DNA of 33,624 bases from Candidatus Nealsonbacteria bacterium CG11_big_fil_rev_8_21_14_0_20_37_68 (GTDB lineage: Bacteria; Patescibacteriota; Minisyncoccia; Minisyncoccales; GCA-002782225). How positions within the stretch are numbered: position 1 is the first letter of the stretch; each line of letters opens with the position of its first letter. The notes below the pieces were generated by a model. The model had not been told where the DNA came from, did not search any database, and worked only from the letters and a program-made list of their open reading frames with translations. A program made the translations under genes and the position numbers. Where the stretch lies: NCBI GenBank assembly GCA_002787295.1, contig PCWJ01000024.1, positions 29,931-63,554 on the forward strand, read 5' to 3'. Shown piece after piece: positions 8,366 to 14,535 of this stretch.

Positions 8366-9676
8366 ATGAAAAAACCCAAACTTCGGAGTCCTAGCGGAAT
8401 GCATGACATTTTACCAGAAGATCAGCCCCATTTTCAAAAAATTGAAAAGACCTGTGAAAGCATTGCCGGTTTTTATAATTTTCAAAAAATTGAAACTCCG
8501 ATTTTAGAAGAGGCAGAGCTTTTTTCAAAAGGAGTCGGGGTTTCTACCGATATTGTTGAAAAACAAATGTATACTTTTAGGACTAAGGGAGGAGATTTTT
8601 TGGCCTTAAGACCTGAGGGGACTGCCCCGGTAGTTAGGGCTTATCTTGAACATGGGATGTATAACCTTCCCCAGCCAGTAAAACTATGGTACTTTGGCCC
8701 CTTTTTTCGATACGAACGACCTCAGGCGGGCCGTTTTCGCCAGTTTTGGCAATTTGGATTTGAGATTTTTGGAGAACAGTCTTCGGTTATTGACATTCAA
8801 ATCATTCAAATTTTTTATAATATCTTAAAGGAGTTAAAATTTAAAGATCTAATAATTGAAATAAACAGCATCGGAGACAGACAATGCCGAGCTTACTATA
8901 AAAAATTATTAGTTAGCTATTTTAGATCCAGAGAGAGTTCTCTTTGTTTGGATTGCAGGAGAAGACTTAGAGAAAACCCTTTAAGAATTTTAGATTGCAA
9001 GGAGGAGAAATGCCGGAGGATTATTAGCCAAGCTCCCCAAATCATTGATCATCTTTGCGAAGAATGCAATTCTCACTTTAAGGAGGTGTTAGAATTTTTA
9101 GATGAGTTAGAACTGCCCTATCGTTTGAATCCTTATTTGGTGAGAGGGTTAGATTATTATACCAAGACTGTTTTTGAGATTTTTGACCAATCTTTAGCCT
9201 TGCAGTCTCCGGAAGAAAAAGAGCAGGGGCAAATTTCTCCTGCTTTGGTGGGCGGAGGAAGGTTTGATCTTTTGGTAAAGCTTCTGGGCGGTAGAGACAC
9301 CCCGGCTTGCGGAGGAGCTGGGGGAGTAGATAGGATAGTTCAGTCAATGAAAGCCAGGTCAATAAAATTTACAGCCAAGGTTCCCACTCATCTAATTTTT
9401 TTAGCTCAGCTGGGAGCGCTATCCAAAAAAAAGAGTCTCACTCTTTTTGAAAAATTTAGAAAAGCCGGTCTTCCGATAGCCGAAAGTTTTGGTAAAGACT
9501 CTTTAAAAACCCAACTTGGCCGGGCAGATAAAATCGGAGTAAGGTATTGTCTTATTCTAGGCCAAAGAGAGGCCCTGGAAGGGACGGTAATAGTTAGAGA
9601 TATGAAAACCGGGAAGCAGGAAACGGTGAAAATAGAAAAGATAGTGGAAGAAATGAAAAAGCGATTCAGAAAGTGA
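8366..9676 (+). CDS. hisS: Histidine--tRNA ligase
   Basis: 436 aa. Class II motifs (LRPEGTAPVVR, FRYERPQAGRFRQFWQFG, GGGRFD) and a C-terminal anticodon-binding domain. Confidence 0.93.
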   Translation: MKKPKLRSPSGMHDILPEDQPHFQKIEKTCESIAGFYNFQKIETPILEEAELFSKGVGVSTDIVEKQMYTFRTKGGDFLALRPEGTAPVVRAYLEHGMYNLPQPVKLWYFGPFFRYERPQAGRFRQFWQFGFEIFGEQSSVIDIQIIQIFYNILKELKFKDLIIEINSIGDRQCRAYYKKLLVSYFRSRESSLCLDCRRRLRENPLRILDCKEEKCRRIISQAPQIIDHLCEECNSHFKEVLEFLDELELPYRLNPYLVRGLDYYTKTVFEIFDQSLALQSPEEKEQGQISPALVGGGRFDLLVKLLGGRDTPACGGAGGVDRIVQSMKARSIKFTAKVPTHLIFLAQLGALSKKKSLTLFEKFRKAGLPIAESFGKDSLKTQLGRADKIGVRYCLILGQREALEGTVIVRDMKTGKQETVKIEKIVEEMKKRFRK

Positions 9677-9723
9677 GATTGTTGGATTGTTAGATCGCTC
9701 AATTCTTTCGCTTTGTTAGAATG

Positions 9724-9777
9724 AACATTCTAACACTCCAACATTCTAACCCTCCAACATTCTAACCCTCGAACATG
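9724..9777 (+). repeat. 16-nt direct repeat x3.4 ending in the hit start codon
   Basis: AACATTCTAACACTCC / AACATTCTAACCCTCC / AACATTCTAACCCTCG / AACATG. GTTAGAATG at 9715-9723 is the inverted complement of the CATTCTAAC in the first unit. Confidence 0.9.
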
Positions 9778-10134
9778 CAAGATTGTCTTTTTTGTAAAAT
9801 TATTAATAAAGAGGTGCCGGTAGAAATTGTTTACGAAAACAATAAAGTTGTTGCTTTCAAAGATATTCATCCTAAGGCCCCCATTCATCTTTTAATTGTT
9901 CCCCAAAAACATATTCCTTCCGTTGATCATCTAGAAATCCAAGATAAAGAATTAATTGGAGAATTATTTTTAACTGCTCAAAAAATAGCCAGAGAACAAA
10001 GGATTGCTCAAACGGGTTATAAATTAGTGTTTAATGTCGGAAGAGGTGGGGGACAGGTAATAGATCACTTGCATCTACATTTATTGGGAGGATGGAAGAG
10101 TGAAAAAGAAAGGGATATTCCCGGAATGCCTTAA
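9775..10134 (+). CDS. HIT-family nucleotide hydrolase (HinT-like)
   Basis: 119 aa. N-terminal CLFCKI and the histidine triad HLHLHLLGG. Confidence 0.88.
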   Translation: MQDCLFCKIINKEVPVEIVYENNKVVAFKDIHPKAPIHLLIVPQKHIPSVDHLEIQDKELIGELFLTAQKIAREQRIAQTGYKLVFNVGRGGGQVIDHLHLHLLGGWKSEKERDIPGMP

Positions 10135-10157
10135 AATAATAATTAACATCCCATATC

Positions 10158-10350
10158 GGAGAGGGGTCGGGACGGGTCGCAAGAGTTCTCCGCGAAGCGG
10201 AAACTCCCGACCTAGAACCTTTCGGTTCTCCCGTGTAGGAAAACAGGGAGCGAAGCGACCGCCAGAAACCGAGGGTTTCTGGAGAGCGAGCCCGAACCGA
10301 GCACATAAGTTATGTGCTCGGGCCAGCCGAAGGCTGGGGAGGGCGAGCGA
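10158..10350. repeat. GC-rich mosaic of at least 6 hairpins (hit-rpsU spacer); candidate structured RNA or nested REP cluster
   Basis: Hairpins seen: GGTCGGGA..TCCCGACC (10165-10212), CCGC-gaa-GCGG, AGAACC-tttc-GGTTCT, CCAGAAACC-gag-GGTTTCTGG (10262-10282), GAGCACATA-agt-TATGTGCTC (10299-10319) and CCAGCC-gaa-GGCTGG (10323-10337). Confidence 0.8.
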
Positions 10351-10369
10351 TTAATTTAGCGTTACCACT

Positions 10370-10582
10370 ATGGCCATTGAAGTAAGAAAACAACTAAAAG
10401 AATCTTCTCAAGGTTTGATTCACCGCTTTTCACAAAGAGTTCAGCAAAGCGGAGTTTTGATTCGGGCCAGAGGAAATAGATTTAAAATCAAGCCAAAATC
10501 AAGACAAATGAAGAGGAAAGCTGCCTTAAGAAGAGAGAAATTAAGAAAGGAATACGAAAAACTTAAGAAACTTTCAAGATAG
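10370..10582 (+). CDS. rpsU: 30S ribosomal protein S21
   Basis: 70-aa very basic protein with an S21-like layout (..RFSQRVQQSGVL.., Arg/Lys-rich C-terminus). Confidence 0.75.
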   Translation: MAIEVRKQLKESSQGLIHRFSQRVQQSGVLIRARGNRFKIKPKSRQMKRKAALRREKLRKEYEKLKKLSR

Positions 10583-10594
10583 TCTTGAATTAAA

Positions 10595-11098
10595 ATGCTA
10601 AAGAAAAAAATTCACAAAGATCTTAAAAGTGCCTTAATCGGGGGCAGAGAAATTGAGACCTCTACTTTACGAATGCTTTTGGCCGCCATTTTAAATAAAG
10701 AAAAAGAAAAGAGATACAAATTAAGCAAACAAAAGCCCGAGTTTGAAGAAAAAGATTTAGAAAAAGAAAGTCAATTAGGGGATGAAGAAGTAATTGAGGT
10801 AATATCTTCCGAAATTAAAAAAAGAAAAGAGTCAATTTTAGAGTTTGAGAGAGGGAAAAGGCAAGATTTGGTGGAAAAAGAAACAAAAGAAAAAGAAATT
10901 TTAGAAAAATATTTGCCGGAGCAATTACCCGAAAAAGAGGTTAAAAAGCTGGTTAAAGAAGCAATTGAAAAAACCGGAGCCAAGGAAATAAAAGATATGG
11001 GTAGAGTAATGGGGGAACTTATACCAAAAACAAAAGGCAAGGCTGACGGCAGTTTGGTTTCAAAAATTGTTAAAGAATTATTAAGTCCAAAAAATTAA
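10595..11098 (+). CDS. GatB/YqeY domain protein
   Basis: 167 aa. N-terminal L..DLK.AL..G......LR.L..AI pattern and C-terminal KDMGRVMGEL, both typical of the YqeY family. Commonly found next to rpsU. Confidence 0.75.
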   Translation: MLKKKIHKDLKSALIGGREIETSTLRMLLAAILNKEKEKRYKLSKQKPEFEEKDLEKESQLGDEEVIEVISSEIKKRKESILEFERGKRQDLVEKETKEKEILEKYLPEQLPEKEVKKLVKEAIEKTGAKEIKDMGRVMGELIPKTKGKADGSLVSKIVKELLSPKN

Positions 11099-11106
11099 AA
11101 TTTTTT

Positions 11107-11409
11107 GTGAATCAATCTTTTTCTAAAATTTGGATTATAGTTGTTCTTATTGTTTTAATTACCGGAGGAATTTTAGCTTGGAAACCCCCAATTTTAAAAG
11201 AAGTAATCACCGATTGTGTATTATCTTTGTGTGATTGCAAATGCCATCCAGAAGGTAAAACACCCGAGAAATTAAGAGGGGTGCTTTGCGGCGTTAATTG
11301 CGAAGGTATTTATGGAATCGAAGATTGTAAATTAAAAAGTGTATTTGGAATAAATTTTTGTGTTATAGAAAACTTATATTTCGGTTTTTTTAAGCAAAAA
11401 AGATTATGA
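11107..11409 (+). CDS. Hypothetical small membrane-anchored Cys-rich protein
   Basis: 100-aa ORF with a GTG start, one N-terminal TM helix and eight Cys. Its end overlaps the ybeY start by 4 nt. I recognise no family. Confidence 0.4.
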   Translation: MNQSFSKIWIIVVLIVLITGGILAWKPPILKEVITDCVLSLCDCKCHPEGKTPEKLRGVLCGVNCEGIYGIEDCKLKSVFGINFCVIENLYFGFFKQKRL

Positions 11410-11840
11410 TCGAGATTAATAATCTGACGACAAATCTGGTTGATGAGAAATTTTTGAAAAAGGTTGCTGGAAAAGTTTTAGAAGAAGAATCCGCCAGCTG
11501 GCGGAAAAAAGAGGCAGAGCTATCAATTGCTTTGGTTGGACAAGGAAGGATAAGGGAGTTAAATAAGAGATATAGGGGTAAAAATCGAGCAACCGATGTT
11601 TTGGTTTTTCCGGAACTAAAAGTAGTAAAAGCCCAAGAAGTTCAGGGTTTAGGAGAAATAATAATTTGTTTTAGAGAGGTCAAAAAAAATGCCAAAAAAT
11701 ATAAATCAAGTTTTGAAAAAGAATTAGCTCGAGTTTTGATTCACGGCATTTTACATCTATTAGGATACGACCACGAAAAGTCAAAAGCTACAGCCCTTAA
11801 AATGGAAGAAAAACAAAACTATTATCTTTCAAAAATTTAA
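11406..11840 (+). CDS. ybeY: rRNA maturation endoribonuclease YbeY
   Basis: 144 aa with the metal-binding motif HGILHLLGYDH. Confidence 0.9.
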   Translation: MIEINNLTTNLVDEKFLKKVAGKVLEEESASWRKKEAELSIALVGQGRIRELNKRYRGKNRATDVLVFPELKVVKAQEVQGLGEIIICFREVKKNAKKYKSSFEKELARVLIHGILHLLGYDHEKSKATALKMEEKQNYYLSKI

Positions 11841-11841
11841 A

Positions 11842-11925
11842 TAAGAACCTGCCTCGCTCCGCCAGTCGGCGGAGCTCGGCAGAACCTTGATTCGCTAAGG
11901 TATAGACATATAATCTTGAATTATG
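11842..11925 (+). repeat. Family A module, copy 1 (ybeY-ftsA spacer)
   Basis: TAAGAACCTGCCTCGCTC..GGCAGAACCTTGATTCGCTAAGGTATAGACATATAATCTTGAATTATG. Contains the hairpin CTGCC-TC-GCTCCGCC-agtc-GGCGGAGC-TC-GGCAG and a sigma70-like promoter. Confidence 0.85.
11887..11914 (+). promoter_or_regulatory. sigma70-like promoter of ftsA-ftsZ
   Basis: TTGATT, 16-nt spacer, TATAAT. The -10 ends 8 nt before the ATG and there is no SD. Confidence 0.6.
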
Positions 11926-13188
11926 CCCAAAAGCCACATCGTTACTGGGTTAGATATTGGCACCAGTGCAATTAAAGCCCTGACTGTTTTAAAAAAGAAA
12001 GGAAGCCAAGACCTCGAAGTTTTAAGTAAAGTTTTAAAACCCAATTCCGGAATGAGAAGAGGAGTGATAGTTAAACCGGAAGAGGTTTCACGGAACATAG
12101 CTTCAGTTTTGGATCAAATTCGAACCGAATCCGGGCAAAAAATTGACGGGGTTTATGTAAACATTGGAGGGAGCCATATTTTTTTAACTTCCTCCCGGGG
12201 TTCAGTCGTGGTTTCAAGAGCCGATCAAAGCATTTCCCGAGAAGACATAGAAAGAGCGATTCAGGCTGCTAAAACTTTTTCTTTGCCCCCAAACAGAGAG
12301 ATTATTGATTTCTTTCCAAAACAATTCATCATCGATAAAGAACCCGGGATTAAAGAACCCTTAGGAATGCGGGGGGTGAGACTGGAAGTTGAAATTTTGG
12401 CCATGGGAGCTTTTTCTCCTTATTTTAAAAATTTAACTACGGCAGTATTAAGCGCCGGAACCCAGATTTTAGATATAATCTGTTCTTCAATTTCTTCAGC
12501 AAAAGCCTGTCTGACTCCTCAGCAAAAAGAATTAGGAGTAGTGCTTCTGGATATTGGAGCCGGAACCACGGATTTGGCAATATATGAAGAAGGAGCTTTA
12601 ATCCATCTGGCAGTAATTCCCATAGGTTCTGGACATATCACCAATGACATTGCCATTGGTATTAGGACAGATATGGCGACAGCCGAGAGAATAAAAAAGG
12701 AATTCGTTCACTATCTTAAGGGAAACATTTTAAAAACCAAAAAAAAGGAGAAAATTGGGTCTTCCTTAAATCCTTTAACTTTTTCTCCCAAACTTTTGCG
12801 AAAAATCATTGAAGCAAGGGTTTGTGAGATTTTTGATTTAGTCCAAAAAGAGATCAAAAAAGTTTCTTCGGTGTTATTGCCTGCCGGAATAGTAATTACC
12901 GGAGGAGGAGCAAAATTACCCAATATTGTAGAGCTAGCCAAAAAAGAATTAAAACTTCCCTGTCGAATCGGAACTCCAATCTTCCACCAAATTTTGGCAG
13001 GAAAAGAGGATTCCGGTTTTTCACCGGAACCGGCGGAGGAAGGGGAAGACCCCGTCTTTAGCACGGCTTGGGGTCTGGTTTTATCTGCAATTGAGCAAAT
13101 TGAGCAAGAGCCAGAAAAAGGTTTCCCCGATTTTAGGAAAAGGGTTATAAATAGAATAAAAAGAACGTTGGGGGTATTTATCCCCTAA
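11923..13188 (+). CDS. ftsA: Cell division protein FtsA
   Basis: 421 aa. Actin-fold motifs (GLDIGTSAIK, DIGAGTTD, ITGGGAKL) and a C-terminal amphipathic basic tail FRKRVINRIKRTLGVFIP. Confidence 0.92.
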   Translation: MPKSHIVTGLDIGTSAIKALTVLKKKGSQDLEVLSKVLKPNSGMRRGVIVKPEEVSRNIASVLDQIRTESGQKIDGVYVNIGGSHIFLTSSRGSVVVSRADQSISREDIERAIQAAKTFSLPPNREIIDFFPKQFIIDKEPGIKEPLGMRGVRLEVEILAMGAFSPYFKNLTTAVLSAGTQILDIICSSISSAKACLTPQQKELGVVLLDIGAGTTDLAIYEEGALIHLAVIPIGSGHITNDIAIGIRTDMATAERIKKEFVHYLKGNILKTKKKEKIGSSLNPLTFSPKLLRKIIEARVCEIFDLVQKEIKKVSSVLLPAGIVITGGGAKLPNIVELAKKELKLPCRIGTPIFHQILAGKEDSGFSPEPAEEGEDPVFSTAWGLVLSAIEQIEQEPEKGFPDFRKRVINRIKRTLGVFIP

Positions 13189-13231
13189 ACCTGCCTAAGT
13201 TTTTCTTTGCAAAATTTAGGTAGGTAAACAT

Positions 13232-14164
13232 ATGACTAAAATTAAAGTAATTGGCGTTGGCGGATCGGGATCTAATACCGTTTCAAGGATGACTTCTTGT
13301 AAAATCCAGGGGGTAGATTTAATTGCGGTCAATACCGATCTCCAAGATCTTAAAAAAACTAAGGCGAATTTAAAAATTCAAATCGGAAAAAACTTAACCA
13401 AAGGATTGGGAGCGGGGATGAATCCCGAAATAGGTAAAAAAGCGGTTGAAGAACAAAGCAAAAATATTGAGGAGGTTTTAAGGGGAACAGATATGGTTTT
13501 TATTACCGGAGGTTTTGGAGGAGGAACCTGTACCGGTGCTGCTCCGGTTATAGCCGAAATTGCTAAATCCCTTGGGGTTTTAACTGTTGCCATAGTAACT
13601 AAACCTTTTGGTTTTGAGGGAGTTCCCCGAATGAAAATTGCCAAGGAGGGATTGGAAAACCTAAAAAGCAAAGTTGATACGCTGGTAGTGATACCCAACG
13701 ACAAACTTCTCTCTTTGGTTGATGAAAACACTACTTTGCTTTCAGCTTTTTGGTTAGCAGATGATGTTTTAAGACAGGCAGTGCAAGGGATCTCTGATTT
13801 AATCTTAGTTCCGGGAATTATTAATATTGATTTTGCCGATGTTAAAACCATTTTGGAAAATTCGGGTCGGGCAACTTTCGGTTACGGAAAGGCAAAGGGG
13901 TCAAAAAGAATGGCAGAAGCCGTAAATTTAGCCATCAATTCTCCTTTGGTTGATTTTTCCATCCGAGGGGCTAAAGGAGTTTTGTTTAATGTTTACGGCG
14001 GGGACGATTTGAGTTTGACCGAAATTGACGAGGCAGCAAAAATTATTACCAAAAACATTGAGCCTCAAGCCAAAGTAATTTTTGGGGCAGTTAAAGATTC
14101 GAAACTAAAAAAAGGAGAAGTAAAAATAATGGTAATTGCTACTGGATTTTTAACTTCCACCTAA
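13232..14164 (+). CDS. ftsZ: Cell division GTPase FtsZ (core only, no C-terminal tail)
   Basis: 310 aa. GVGGSGSN, tubulin signature GGFGGGTCTGAAP, and NDKL. It ends right after the last core strand (MVIATGF). Confidence 0.93.
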   Translation: MTKIKVIGVGGSGSNTVSRMTSCKIQGVDLIAVNTDLQDLKKTKANLKIQIGKNLTKGLGAGMNPEIGKKAVEEQSKNIEEVLRGTDMVFITGGFGGGTCTGAAPVIAEIAKSLGVLTVAIVTKPFGFEGVPRMKIAKEGLENLKSKVDTLVVIPNDKLLSLVDENTTLLSAFWLADDVLRQAVQGISDLILVPGIINIDFADVKTILENSGRATFGYGKAKGSKRMAEAVNLAINSPLVDFSIRGAKGVLFNVYGGDDLSLTEIDEAAKIITKNIEPQAKVIFGAVKDSKLKKGEVKIMVIATGFLTST

Positions 14165-14216
14165 TTAAATTTCTACCGGTTGAGTCAAGTCATTTTAATC
14201 CTTATTTATTTTTTGC

Positions 14217-14244
14217 GGAATTGATTAGATTTAATTCCTTTTTT
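14217..14244 (+). terminator. Possible weak intrinsic terminator after ftsZ
   Basis: GGAATT-gattagattt-AATTCC followed by TTTTTT. The stem is AT-rich and short. Confidence 0.35.
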
Positions 14245-14251
14245 ATTGAAG

Positions 14252-14458
14252 TAAGAACCTGCCTCGCTCAGCTCCGGCAGAACTCCCGCACCAGAGCAAA
14301 GCCCAGCACTAGAGCAGAGCTCAGTGCTGGACAGTCCCGAAGTGAGCTTCGCTCTACTTCGGGGCACGGTGCGGGACTAATCCCGAACCGTGTCGCCGAA
14401 GGCGACTCTGGTTCGGGGCTTGATTCGCTAATGTATAAACATGTAATCTTGAATTAAG
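14252..14458 (+). repeat. Family A module, copy 2 (ftsZ-nrdD spacer), split by a nested insert
   Basis: Same 5' end (TAAGAACCTGCCTCGCTC..GGCAGAAC) and 3' end (CTTGATTCGCTAATGTATAAACATGTAATCTTGAATTAAG) as copy 1. About 135 nt of extra GC-rich hairpins lie between them. Confidence 0.85.
14284..14418 (+). repeat. Nested GC-rich hairpin cluster
   Basis: Outer stem TCCCGCACC/GGTGCGGGA (14284-14292 / 14369-14377) encloses hairpins CCAGCACT..AGTGCTGG and CCCGAAGT..ACTTCGGG. A third hairpin follows: CCCGAACC-GTGTCGCC-gaa-GGCGAC-tct-GGTTCGGG (14382-14417). Confidence 0.85.
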
Positions 14459-14501
14459 TCTCCAATCAGAAAGTTTTAGGAAATTTTTTTAGATGTAGTA
14501 T

Positions 14502-14529
14502 TTGACTGGGGATTTTCTAAGGGTAAAAT
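14502..14529 (+). promoter_or_regulatory. sigma70-like promoter of nrdDG
   Basis: TTGACT, 16-nt spacer, TAAAAT. The -10 ends 6 nt before the ATG. Confidence 0.55.
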
Positions 14530-14535
14530 AAAATA

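Noticed and set aside
10158-10350. Possible tmRNA, RNase P RNA, SRP RNA or a tRNA in the GC-rich island.
   Set aside because: I found no GGGG..UCCACCA ends or tag ORF, no GAGGAAAGUCC-type P4 motif, no GGAA-tetraloop SRP domain IV and no GGTTCGAATCC-like T-arm. The blocks recur elsewhere in shuffled order, which fits repeats better. A covariance-model scan is still needed.
10031-10354. Track ORFs 10031-10306 (-) and 10100-10354 (+).
   Set aside because: Both run through the GC-rich hairpin mosaic and are Arg/Ser/Gly-rich, as expected from palindromic GC sequence read in either direction. One also overlaps the hit 3' end. They are most likely not genes.
13378-13851. 157-aa ORF antisense to ftsZ, and similar antisense ORFs in ligA, lon, ftsA, nrdD and others.
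   Set aside because: They are fully embedded opposite strongly supported conserved genes, with low-complexity translations.
14221-14457. 78-aa ORF (TTG start) in the ftsZ-nrdD spacer.
   Set aside because: It consists entirely of family A repeat sequence and has no SD or promoter of its own. Its openness is informative about the element but does not support a gene.
14458-14535. NrdR box upstream of nrdD.
   Set aside because: I could not find a 16-bp palindrome resembling the NrdR operator consensus.
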